Shown here: one piece after another, positions 38,140-50,695 of the stretch
Layout of the letters: each line of letters starts with the position of its first letter
Numbering within the stretch: position 1 is the first letter of the stretch
Assembly: GCA_964106915.2 (NCBI GenBank)
Contig: OZ066924.1
Reading direction: 5' to 3' (one strand)
Source of the DNA: Podarcis gaigeae
Lineage: Eukaryota
Length of the DNA stretch: 64,000 nucleotides
Translations under genes and position numbers: made by a program
Notes under the pieces: model-generated
Seen by the model: only the letters and a program-made list of their open reading frames with translations
Databases searched by the model: none
Told to the model about the DNA's origin: nothing

Positions 38140-38465
38140 GAGGCCAGTCGGGGCCTGTAGGAAACCCATAAACAGGACAACAATACTATCCCCACCTGCA
38201 ATTACCAGGAACTGGCATTCAAAAACTCAATGCCTCAGATAGCGGAGGTAGAACATCACCATCCTCATAGCTGGTAGCCAGCAGCCTTATCCTTCATGAA
38301 ATTGACTTCTTATAAAGCCGTCCAAATTGCTGGCCATGATGTTTACATATTCTGAGAGAGAATTCCATACTTTACGTATGTGCTATGTGAAGAAGTACTG
38401 TCTTTCGTCTGTCTTGAGTCTTCCAACATTCATTGGATGGTCCCCCGTTCTAGTATATGAGAGAC
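38140..38465 (-). mobile_element. Degenerate CR1-like 3' fragment
   Basis: GAATTCCATACTTTACGTATGTGCTATGTGAAGAAGTAC...CATTGGATGGTCCCCCGTTCTAG is the reverse complement of a CR1 ORF2 end (TRGHPM...KYFFT..V..WNSL). Confidence 0.65.
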
Positions 38466-40434
38466 CTGCTCTACAATTGTGCCAGTTTGTGGAGCTCTCT
38501 GCCTCAGGAAATCCATCTGACTCTCACCTTATGTTTTTGCCTCTCTTTTAAGATCTTTAGGCAGTTGATAACTTGGCTAAGCAAATAATTATTTGAAATA
38601 CTCTATTTGTTTTTAATTGTTGCAGAAGTTCTTTTGATCATGTGATGCTGAACTATTTTTTAAAATTGATTTTGAGCCACTTTGGGTGGCAAGGGAATAT
38701 ATGAATCTTCTTCTTTTTAAATAAAATAAAAATACAAGCATACAATAATTGTGGATTGTGTATAAGACTCCTAGTTGGACATCCATTATTTCTACTTAAG
38801 CAGTAGCTAAGTAAGAATGGTTTTGCTATATTTTATTGCCTATGACCTTGAAGATTGGTTAACAATCCTTAGCTAGATGAACCATTGGTTTAAACTCAGA
38901 ATAAAACGCAGTGGTAGAAAAAGCATACGTTTGCAAAGGAAAATGTATCTCTTTTTTTATTTCATTGTGAAAACATGCTAGTCTCAAAAGACACTTGAGT
39001 GGAGTGGATCTTCACAGTGAAAAAAAGAAAGAAAAGAGAGACGTTTTTCTTTGCAACCTTGTACTTTTTCTATCACTAGATGAAAGTCTGTTTTGCACTA
39101 TCTGGTCCTTTGTTATTTCCTTCAGTTCTGAAAGCCATTGTGTTTGACTATATTATTCCTGCAACATGGGGAACATCATATAGAAAACACTTTCCCCACC
39201 TACCCAGCAGTATTAATCGTTGTAAAGAAATATAGCAGATATTCTTTCAGCTGCCATTTTTAATGTCGCATCTTGATGAGACTGTTTGAATAATTCTCCT
39301 ATCTTTAATGAGCCATTGATTAAAAATATGGCAATGTACTTTATGTGTTATCGTTGACAGCTGCACTGTCTGTAGTGACTGTCATACTGAAGATATGTAT
39401 ATGGAAATGTAAGAAGTCATGTTTTTAAGAGGAATACAACATATGTAGGGGTAGTATCTTTCATGGTCTGCTTCTGCAGAAGAACAAAATGTTGGAAATA
39501 AATCACTCTCTGAAGTATTCCTTAATATTTGGATTAGCAACATGAAGATGAACCAAACCCCCTGTTCCATATCTGTCTGATGAAAAGTTATGTGTACCTT
39601 GAAAACTCCTCATCCCACCACTAAACATACACATATACACTAGGACTAGGAAGCACAGGATCTGATGTCTGTATGTACCACTGTGTAAAAAACCCCCACA
39701 GGGTTGTAATCTTCTTTTCCTCTGAACAATGGGGTGGTTGATTTCCATCATGACAGCATGTGTCTACATGGGGTGAAGACAAGATGTTAGTGGCCTTAAA
39801 CATGCTCTATGCTAATTAAAATAAGATAATATCAAAAAAATGTCATTTTTATTCTGGGGATCCAGTCTCATGGCATGGCTATAACCCAAGGAAGAACAGT
39901 GATAGCCTCCTTTAACATTAGCAGTTTAAATGAACAAAGAAGGGTATAATTTATATCACAATAATTGTAGCACAAGGCCATGTGGCTGTGCTTTGGCCTC
40001 CAGAAAATGACTAGAGATAAATCTCTGCTGTTTGTTCTTCAAAGCAGAAGATGGAGGATAGATTCCCAGGCAGGTGTTAGCAGTTTAGATTAAGATGAGC
40101 CATATGTGTCTAGAAACTACTTTTAAGTCTCTGGAGAATGGTTTTCATTCATTCATTTCCCTGGAGACTTCCCAATCAAGGAGCTCCAAATCCTGAGGCT
40201 ACCTGCATTTCAAATGAGGCACAGTTATGTCCCTCCAAATCTTTGTACATGAACATGTGTGAAAAAATTAGGGCAGAAAATTAAAGATGTGTTCCCATCA
40301 TCCCTTCCAAGTGCACTTTCCATGTGTCTTTAATTCGCGTGTCCCACAAAGAATAAATAATTTGTTCCAGTCTTCAGCTAGTTTTGCCCCCAAACAAACA
40401 GAGGGTTGCTAATCATGAATAGCTGCTATGCTAT

Positions 40435-40435
<1 letters not shown>

Positions 40436-40479
<44 letters not shown>
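40436..40479. repeat. (AAT)n microsatellite
   Basis: Direct reading. Confidence 0.96.
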
Positions 40480-41108
40480 GCTATTATACCCTGGTGTGAA
40501 CAGACATTTGATCTCCAGAAATGAGCAGGAAGGGTATGGCGATAAGTATGATTGCCTGCTAATTCCTACAAATCGTTGCTAAAGACATAGAAGCAGGAAC
40601 CAGTTCAGAAGCTGACAATTCCAATGGTTACAGATTCCAAATGTGGGGTGGTGTCCAACTAACATGTTCCATCACTGCAAGCATTTCTGCTTGCAAAACA
40701 GGACTCACCCCCTCACACACACCCCACTTTCCTTTTGCATGGGCTGCAGCTCTTATAAGTCACAGTCATGGCCAGAAGTGGTTCACCAGGCAGGATGGAG
40801 CTCTCGCACTGTTGTTTACTGGGAGCGGGTGGGTAGGTTGGCACAGTCTAGACACCCTAGAGCCAATTTAGCACTCCAGCTGGTGTGCTTGCACTGCACT
40901 GACTGCCCTGCCAACTCCCCCCATCCTCTCTCCCTTCCATTCAGCAAGAGCAACACACCAGCTGGGAAGCTAGCTCCACCTGGTAAGCCGCTTCTGGTTG
41001 TGGGAAGAGTAAGATATCATTTAGAATAGTTTATGAAACATAAATAATGGGTTAGATCCAGATTACGTAAATTATGCTTTAGTCTCCTTGAAATAACTGG
41101 AACAAGTT

Positions 41109-41333
41109 TAGATTCCACCTAAACATTAGGAAGAACTTCCTGACAGTAAGAGCTGTTCGACAGTGGAATTTGCTGCCAAGGAGTGTGGTGGAGTCTCCTT
41201 CTTTGGAGGTCTTTAAGCAGAGGCTTGACAACCATATGTCAGGAGTGCTCTGGTGGTGTTTCCTGCTTGGCAGGGGGTTGGACTCGATGGCCCTTGTAGT
41301 CTCTTCCAACTCTATGATTCTATGATTCTATGA
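41109..41333 (+). mobile_element. 5'-truncated CR1 LINE 3' end
   Basis: Encodes FHLNIRKNFLTVRAVRQWN...VESPSLEVFKQRLD (CR1 ORF2 C-terminus) and ends in (ATTCTATG)n. Confidence 0.92.
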
Positions 41334-42974
41334 AGTTATTACAACACAATAGCCTTCCACTAAAATATAGATCCTTCTTTTCTCCTTTCTTTTTTAAAAA
41401 ATACAGTTTAGGACTTCTATTCACAAAACTAAATTTAAAATAGGAAATGATATCAAGAGAAAGAAAGTATCAAAAATAAGGGGTGCCAGTAAACTCAAAC
41501 ACAATTTGGTATGTTGGCTCTTCTCAGGTATTTATCCATTTACATCATTTTGAAAGCATGATTGTAAAGCACAAATCAGTCAGCCTCTCTTTCTCATACA
41601 CACACACACACAGTCACTTTATTATAATAGGTTCACTAGAACAGAGGGAATGTTTGCAGAAGACCTCGCCCATTACTTGGGTATGTCTGAGCTACAAATT
41701 GATATGTTGTATCATGAATTAGGACTCACAATAGCCTTCAATTGCACTTGATCAGAGGAGCTTAATTGGCATTAAGAAAATAGACCAAAGTAAAGAGAGA
41801 TGTACAAGTGAGAGGATTCGTCACTTTATTGGATTTCAAGACCCTGTGAGCCATGAATCTTAATTGGGGCCAGTTGGGATCATTTAATAATTGCTGTCAG
41901 AAGATCAGATTTAATTCTCTTTATAAAAATACCACAGTGGGATGGAGTTAAGCAAATTGTCATTCAAGGTTTCAAATGAACAAAGCTTTAATTAGGTTGA
42001 TTAGCCTACTGTAAGAAAGAGGAAAGATACAGACAATTGATGAATCTACTATAAGCCATATGTGGGCCATATATGACAGAATTATCAAATACCTTTATTT
42101 CAGTTTGGTAAATGTTATTTATCAATATTTATTAATATGCTACATTTCAAGACTAGCTTCCAAAGCCATTTATTTCTGTATTTATTTTGTTTGCTCGCTT
42201 AGATCCATTGTTTTGCATGTATGTTAACTTGGAAATTTTCTGGAAATTAATCATTTATAGCACACATTTACCACAAAGTAAAATGGGGCTGGCTGCAACT
42301 TTACCTGGGATTAACCCATTTTACTAAATATGATTTTTCTTTCTGTGTAGATATGCATAGAATTGCATTGCAAAAATTGAAGTGTTCAATGTTTTGTCAT
42401 GATGGCATCTTCTATGTTTTCTGGCCACAGCAGAATGAAATATTATACCTTTTTATACTAATGTTCATTCTATAAATATGTACCTGTGTGATGTGCTTAA
42501 TAATGACTAGTCAATTTGTGCCAATAGAAAGTCTTCCTGTTATATTCCTTCATTGGTCCCTCTAACCTTGGGGCTGTGGAAACTCGCTGTTCTCATCTGC
42601 AGAAACTTTGGTGGACTCCATCTAAGTGTAGAAGCTGTCAGACCTGAAGGGTAGTGTGAGCTCACATGTACATTGTTTGTGTGAATGCTACATCAAAAAG
42701 AATTAGCACAGGTGTAAACAGCAGTCCAAGTTCAGTGGGGAATGTCCAACCTGATCCACACTCAAAAAATGTAGAGGATACCCATTTTGCCCTGCTTTGT
42801 CTGTGAAGTGCGCAGTTCCTATGCAAATTTATCCAGAAGTAAGCCTCAATTGGGGAATTAGACAAGCACATGGAAGACAAAGCTCTCTGTGGCTACTAGT
42901 CATAGTGGTCATAGGCTGCTTCCAGGAAGAGCAGCAGGATGCCTGTGAATACGAGCTGCTGGAGAACAAGAAGG

Positions 42975-43107
42975 AGTGCTATTTTTCTAGAACTCAGTGC
43001 CAGAATTCACCATGAAAGCCTCCTTTGTTCTCTCATAATGGCAATAGCGCCCATCTGAGAGGTGCCAGAACTGAGTTCCAGTGAGTTCTGGGTGAAAAAA
43101 ACACCTG
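42975..43107. mobile_element. Short MITE-like element
   Basis: GTGCTATTTTTCTAGAACTCA ... TGAGTTCTGGGTGAAAAAAACAC inverted ends. Confidence 0.5.
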
Positions 43108-46100
43108 GGTCTATTGCCCTTGTGTCCTTCCTTGGGGCTTTCGGTAGGGAACAGAATCTGGACTATATAGATCTTTGACCTGCTCCTGCATCAATCCTTT
43201 TTCATTCTTATTTTAGTAGAATATACTCCCACTAAGTAGGCTTAGGATTGCAGCTGTAGTTGCTACCCTCTACTATTTCATTCTCTGTGTAGCTCCATGG
43301 GGCAGAGAGGAGTAGGGTGGAAATGGATGCAGAATTTTGCTGGATCTCGAAAGTTCTCACACTGGAAAGTGTTCCACTGCAACTGGGTGTGGCTCCCATC
43401 CGTGTTAGTGAATGGTGATTTTTTTCCCTTTCTCACAGGTTGCAGCTTTTAATATCCTTTTGTCACTCCGTATACTAACAGGTTACAAAGAGCCATTTCT
43501 GAGAAAACATAATGCACATTGAAGGCCATGAGAAAGATTAGCTAATGTACCTTCCAATTGATTTTGTTTATTTTTTTCCGGCTTACTCATTATGACAATA
43601 ATAAAATGAAAAATATTGACAATAATCCTGAAGTGGAAAAAGAAAGTCTTTCCCCCACTGAAACAGAGATTGTTAAGTGAACGGGTATTTGGTTACTGAA
43701 AGCTAAAATAAAAAATAAAAAATCAGCATGGCAGCAATATTTCACCTATGTAAATGAAGTGTGTTTGTATTTTTGTGTCAAATTGATACTGACCTTCAAG
43801 GAGAAACTCTGCCAAACTATACATCCATCCATCTGCAGTCATGGGCAATGTCAAAGTATCACCTGTTTCTATGTACACTCCTATAAGTGTCTCTGCATGG
43901 TTGTTCATATCTGTCTTGAGAGACAATAGAGTCTGCCTCTGTGGGTGAAATCAAATGCCTGTGTTTGCAGCATTGAAGTGACCTCTGCAGAGCAGAAGTC
44001 TAGGCCATGTGTATGGAGGTCCTGGGCTGCCCATATGGCAAGCCCCCCCCCCTTGGCCTCACTAATGTGGACCAAAGGAAAGCCGAGCAATAAGTTTGGC
44101 AACAGCTTGGCTGCAAGAGTTGTTGAAAGTAGGTGTACAAGGAGCCATCCAACCATCTTAGGGACTCCAGATTTGTGTAGAGTTTGCTCCTTAGCCTTTT
44201 CTTCTCCCAAAGGCATCCCATAAGGCAGTGGAGGTTTAGAATAAGAGTTTTCCTTCTTATTTTGGAGCCTTTCTGTTACAATTGCTTCTCCATGCAAGGA
44301 ACAACCCTGGAAGATGAGCCTGCTGTGAAACTCTAGAGTAATTTCAGGCTTTGATTATTCAGGACATAATCAGATCCGTGTCTCTTTTGCTAGCAGCCTA
44401 CATCAGTGTTTGTCCTTACTGGTGATCAGACACACTATTTTGTTTATAAAATAATTTCTATAAATGAATAAATTTATGTCTTTTGGCAATGCAATACGGA
44501 AAGATGAAATAGTTCTTTGTCAGAAGGAATACAGTTTTACTATGTAATAAATCTCATCTGTAATCCATAGAAGAATCTATAAAAGCAAACACACGCAAAA
44601 GCTTTATAACAAGTTGAAATCATTATCTTCATCATTTAATATTTAGAGTGTCATTGGATGCTGTAGATAAAATCAAATAAGTACTTGCCCACCAAAGTCT
44701 AACCCAAATTTGTAGTTTATACTCAGGGCTGGTCCTACTATTAGCCAAGGGAGGTGGGTGCCTCAGCTGGCTGAAATTGTGGGATGGTGAACAGTTTGAG
44801 AACAATATTGTGTGTCTGTGACACATGGTTTGTCCTGCGCTCTCTAAGATAGCCTGCTGCCTTCAGTTGCACTGGAAAACAGGGTCCCATCATCAGCTTT
44901 GAAGTAGAATTCAGTTATTGCCACTTTGATCAGTTTTTGTACTTGGAATGGGAGAAGGGAGGCATCTTGATTTTTTTGCCGCAAGCAGCAAATCATCTGG
45001 GGCAAACTGAGTTTATGCTTGTAGGCAAGGTTACAGCTTCTGTATGACTTCAGTGTTTGTGCTAAACTTCCTGTTGTAAAATGCATGCTCTCCTGAGATG
45101 AATTTAGCAGATTTGAATGAAATCCCTTGCACATCTTTTAATGTGGCAGAGCAGTCATAAGATCAAAACACATAAATGTAGGTTATGTTAAATTTCTGAA
45201 CTGGAATGTTTGAGACAGATGTTTGAAATCTTCAGATGACTCAGATTCACTTTATTTATTTCTTTTAAAAATAATGGCTTTCTGCCCAAATTAGATTACT
45301 GCATATAGTGGAGCACGCTGTTCGTGTGTTACAGATCTAGTGCAGCAGTAATGACATCTAGTGTATAACTGTATAATGAAAAAGTTGTTTTAAAAGGGCC
45401 AGATTCTGGTTATATCCTTGTGTGATTGGTGCCAGGGGAAATGGATTTGGCAATGTCTGTACTGACCCATGCCAGCCTCTATATATTCAACGGCAACATA
45501 CAGATCATGTCCCATAATAATCTCTCATTGGTGGTGCTGGCTGGACTGGCTTTAAGTATTCCAGGTTCAGATTCCTACTTAGCTGTGTGTAAAACTCTTG
45601 GTGGCTTTGAGCAAATCTCTGTCTCATTCAGCCTGATTTATCTCACAAAGTGTTATTTTGAGGTGAAGGCTATGATCTTATACATTCTTATTACTAGGGA
45701 GTAGGTTGCATTGGAAACTGTGGGGTTTTATTTCAAAATCAACAGGAATAGGATGGACAGAATATACGTGTAACAATATGTGTTATGGCCCACATCAAAC
45801 CATAGATTAGCATGAATTTAGGATACTCAGCACAGATATACAAACACTCTGTTACGCATCTGCAGCTCTTCAATGTTGGGCTGCGCCATGACCTGCGGTC
45901 GTTCATGGTCCTATAAGGCAAAACACTTGAAGCTTTCTTTGTTTAATATTAACTAGACTTTTCTGTGCCCGTTTTCATATTGCTGCTCTCTTTCTGGCAT
46001 CAGTTGGGCTTTCTCTCTTAGTGTCAAATGTACAGGCTGTGCTTTTTGAAGGAATGGAAGCAAGCCCCCTTGTTCATCTTTGAAAACAGAACAGATTTTT

Positions 46101-46589
46101 ATTTTTATTTACAGGGCAATCTGATAGATGTTTACTCAGAGGCAAGTTTACTTGGGGCCTGGGCATAGGATTGCAGTCCTATTCACACTTGGGAGTATTG
46201 CAGTCCTATTCACACTTGGGAGTAAGTCCTAGTGGGAATTACTTCTGAGTAGACCTATCTATAGGATTGCGCTGTCACTCTCTGCCCATGACACAAGCTT
46301 GAGGGTTCTTTTGTTTTCGTTTCAAATGTAAGAACCGTTACATTTGAATGTAAGAATATGTACAGCCAGGCAAAATGGGTGGGGGCTGCTATTTATGGGA
46401 CACTTTTTGCATTTTCTAACAAAGCTTCCATCACCATTAAATAAGTTTTCCCTCTGGCTACCACTTTGTTTATAAATTGGATGTATTGAGAGTCCTCCGT
46501 TTTGCTGCTGCTTCTTGCCCCTTGGGTGACTTGTTGAAAGGGACCTCTGTCTGGGGTGTTATGCAGCCGAGCAGATTCAAAAAGTTCTG

Positions 46590-46730
46590 TTCGCAGAAGG
46601 AAGTAAAGAGTTTTGGTTCCCATTTTGCACTTCTGGAACAGTTTAAGGAAGGAAGCACCTTTACACCTTTTATTGTTCGTGGTTGCTGACATCATCTCCT
46701 TCCCTGACCACTCAGTGCGTGTTTCCTGCT
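46590..46730 (+). promoter_or_regulatory. ETS-site cluster; candidate orthologue of the Mef2c F7 endothelial enhancer or an alternative promoter
   Basis: AGAAGGAAGT (~46595), AAGGAAGGAAGC (~46645), CCTTCCC (~46698), GTTTCCTG (~46721) and CRE-like TGACATCA (46687-46694), ~4 kb upstream of the first coding exon. The assignment to F7 rests on recall and position. Confidence 0.55.
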
Positions 46731-48085
46731 ATTCTGTCAAGATTCTTCTGTGTTAGTGAGCGGGAGGGAGAGAGAAGGAGAGAAAGGGAGAAAATGTGTG
46801 AGAGAGGGAGTGAAGAATGGCTGTCTGCAGTGCTGCATCTGCCCACTGGAACTCAAATCACTCTTCCCTCAACTATCTGTGCCTTTGGCAATCATAGAGC
46901 GAACAGAAGCCTGCCAAACTGAAGTTCCTCTTTTTAGTAAACAGTCTGATTTTATTTTATCTTTACAAAAGTATCTGGGTTTCCAAAAGGGGGAAAATGC
47001 TGAAGGCTGTGATTTTGAAGAATGTTAATATCTGAATAATGAAACATCGACATTTTTTTAAAAGATGCATTTGTTTACATATAACTGTCATTAGCCTGGA
47101 AGGTTTATTTAATGTGGACACTATTTTGACAGGGCTTCTGGAATAATTTTAACTTGCCATATAGCTAGTTTTGCCTAGTGCACTTTTTTATTTTTAAATG
47201 CAGTCTGAGGGTTTATGAAGCACTGCAATTTTTCTAACACTTGTAGTGTACGTAGTGTACGAGATAATGCCCTCTGCAACTCAAAGCATCTTTTCCAAGT
47301 TCCAAGGGCAGGGGGTAAGGAATTCTGGATCTCCTTCACTCTTGGCACAGATCTTTAAAAATATTTTAAGGTTTATGGTGTTTTTGTTCATCCCATGATG
47401 TATTTTAATTGCATTTCTATGTACGGTATTTTGCTGTATGGTTGGGAGTCTTGCCCGTATGTATAAATTAAGATGGATCCTCTATTCATGCAGTTTTGCA
47501 AAAATGCATGTGCGTGTTTGTGTGTGGTGTTAATAAAATAATGCATGTTAAAGAGAGAAATCATGAAAAAGACAAAATAGTATGGTTTTGACATTAAGCT
47601 GGATAGTGTGTGTGGGAATCCTAACAATGATTTTTTAGTCAAAACAGTAGCACCAAACTGCAACTTCCCTAGCTATAGAACTGCAGTATTTCTGTGTGGT
47701 GTGGGCTTACATACCCGCATAAGCATGTATATATGGATTAAAACAGTTGACACATTGTTTCTTGTTCCTCAGCCTATATATATATGAGAAACAACAACAT
47801 AATAATTGGACTCAATGCTTCCTTTTTAAGCCATACAGGCTTCTTTTCCCCACCTCAATCTCCCGCCTCACCACTTGTCAACAGATTGTTGCTGCGAATG
47901 GGAACAATGATTCAAATTCATCTCATAACTTACAATGATGTACATTTGGAGTTCTTTCGATGTACCCAGTGAGCTTGCCCTAGATTTACGTCTGCTAAGT
48001 CCAAGAAGTGTTTATGGAACTATTTGGAGAATATTTTTATGTAGTTGTGGAATGCTTAACGTTCCTGACACCGGGCTGTTTATAA

Positions 48086-48175
48086 GCTGCTGCTGCTGCT
48101 GCTGCTGCTGCTTCTTCTTCTTCTTCTTCTTCTTCTTCTTCTTCTTCTTCTTCTTCTTCTTCTTCTTCTTCTTCT
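48086..48175. repeat. Compound trinucleotide repeat (GCT)~9(TCT)~21
   Basis: Direct reading. Confidence 0.96.
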
Positions 48176-50552
48176 GCTGAAAGCTCAGTATGAAATGTGG
48201 AACTGCTAGTTGTGTGGGAGGGACTCACCACGTTGTTACTTCACCAGGGGCTCTGCATCCTTGTCCTAACAGACGAGAGTGTCAGCATTTTGTGATCTCT
48301 CCCCTGCCCCCCTCCTCTTTCTCATTCGGCTCCAGCAGCTCAATCCGTAAAGCAGTGCTCCTCTTGGCTAACCCCGTGTCACCACTTCTCTAATCTGTCC
48401 ACTCTGACCTTCCACCCTCAACAAAGCGACAGCTTAGGCAGGCATAGGACTGTAAGCCGATAGTGCCTCGGGCTCCACGTGAATGAAAGGAAGGGAAATT
48501 GTTCCATATGCATTTGCTGTGGATTAGTCTATTGGCTTACTGTTGTGGAGAAAGCCTGTTAGACTTCCTGCACGTACATGGGAATTACCTGGCTTTTTAT
48601 ATCAGAGGTAAGCTTGACTGTTGGGGTTGGAGAGATGCGGTGGGGGGGGGAGAGAAACTCCCAAGGAAGCAGTCCAGCTGAGAGAAGTTGAAAAACATTC
48701 AAAATGGACTTGTTGTCCTAGTCACCAGCAAATGTCAGAGAATGCAGCTTTTCCAAAACATGCTTAGATTGTATTTAAAATACTTTAAAAAAAGAAAAAG
48801 AATCTACTACAATTGAGCGTATGCACTCTTTCTGTGTTTCAAGAGTAATGAAAGCAGTTAGGGTTGTTTTGTCAACTCAGACTGCATAAAAGTGAGTTCA
48901 TTAACTATTTTAAATGCCTAAAACTGCAGAAATGATGTGAGTTGATAGTTTCGTTTCTCTGCTATACTGTAAAGTAATGATACCAGCACTGGATTCCTTA
49001 AGACTTAGTGGTACAGTGTAAAAACTAACTTACGGTGTATAAGATTTGGAGTTTGTGACTGAGTAATAGCCTTCTAATTTTTTTTTCTTAAGAGGCCAGA
49101 ACACAGAATAGCTGTAAAATAAACTGACGGAAACAAAATGAGCACTAAACTGAAAATTTGAGTAAAGATCAGCTTTTCCGATCTGAATTTTCAGGCCAGA
49201 ATTTTCAGCTTCAGAATAAAGTTACATACTGTACCTTTGGGGATAATTTAACAGGTTGGCTATTGGAAAGCCAGCCTAAAGTTCAGATTGCACTATCATA
49301 TTTTAACATTCTTGTGAATTAAGAAATCATTTTATTGGAACACGGTGGTGTGTGTTGGGGAGAATTAGGCACTAATAAATATAAATGCAATTTTCAATTT
49401 CTCTCTATGTGTGCTAAAATTTGCATTTTAGCCTATGTGTGTCTATTCAGTAGTGAGTCCTATTGAGTTAAATGGGAGCTACACTTGGATGAGTGTGTAT
49501 AGGATTGCAGTCTCAGTAGACATACATAATAAACATTAATGTTTGCAATGTGCTACAGGGAGATATTTGATTTTATCCACATAACTGTCATATATCTTCC
49601 GCTTGTGAACTTTTGCTTATTTTTTCAGCTTTTGATTTGCTTTTTATGTAATATTTTGCAACAGTTTTGAATGAATCCTCTGGTTTATTTTTTGTGTGGA
49701 AGAATATTAGGAACACATTGTCATGTGTTTATGAGCTTTCTTTTGCAGTTATGACTCTTTATGATGTGATTAGTTTTTGCCCTTATGTGTGAAGGAATGG
49801 TAGATGCGTGGATTATATTAACAACTGCACCAATTATTACACTTATTGTAGGTGGAAATATATACAAATATATTTAGTCTGTAAAAAAACCTCACTTTTC
49901 AATAAGATAGAGCTAAAGGGGTATTTTTCTCTTGAACTATTTCATCTGCAGTCATTCTCTTTCTTTTAAAAATGGAATATAAGGTTAAAGGATTTAGATT
50001 TGGCTGACATTTCTCATATATCAAATAGTACTTTAATAATGGTCTAGCCTAGTTTGCATAATAAGAAACATTATCACCTCTTCTGTTTTCCTTCAAAAGT
50101 GAATTAGCTTGATTACTTAGCTTGCACAGGTATGGAAAGGTTCATTAACTCCCTGATTTAGGTAATTTTTCATATTTCCAAGGAAGTCTTGCAGAATAGA
50201 GAAAATTTGCATCTATGAGAAGTATGAGTGCATGCACTTTAATTGTTTTAGTGATGTCTTAAAAGCTTTCTTCAGCGCTTATATCCAGAGCCTAAGATAT
50301 ATGTTCCCCATTGAAAGAGCATCTCTTACTTCTGAATAACTGTCTGTAGGATTGAACAAAACAAAACAAAAATCCAGTTTAGCACAATTACTACTAATAA
50401 TAATGCCTAATCATTTCTGACTTTATTGCTTATTTAGCAGTTCTGCATTCAAAACCACACTTAAGCCAGTTGGTAAGATATCATAGTAGCATCGTTCTAT
50501 AAAGATTATGTCCAAATAACTCCCTAACACTTCATTTCTTTTGTGTACTTAG

Positions 50553-50695
50553 CAGGAACGGATGCAGGGGTCTGTGAATTGAATCGCGTAAGTGCTGAAG
50601 AAGGATTCTTGGTTTGAGGAAACAGGAAAGAGGAAGGAAAGATAAGAAGAAAATACACGAGTGTAGGAACGAACGAGAGAAGAAAAACGGGGACT
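50553..50695 (+). other. MEF2C: 5'UTR part of the MEF2C first coding exon with tandem NAGNAG acceptor (starts at 50553 or 50556)
   Basis: Branch-point-like CCCTAAC at 50522-50528, a pyrimidine tract, then TTAG|CAG|GAACGG. The purine-rich UTR resembles the recalled human exon (CAGGAACGAATGCAGG...GGAAACAGGAAAGAG...). Confidence 0.88.

Noticed and set aside
43535-43560. GCTAATGTACC as the ISL1 site of the AHF enhancer
   Set aside because: A short match based on uncertain recall, with no flanking GATA support, and it seems too close to the coding exon.
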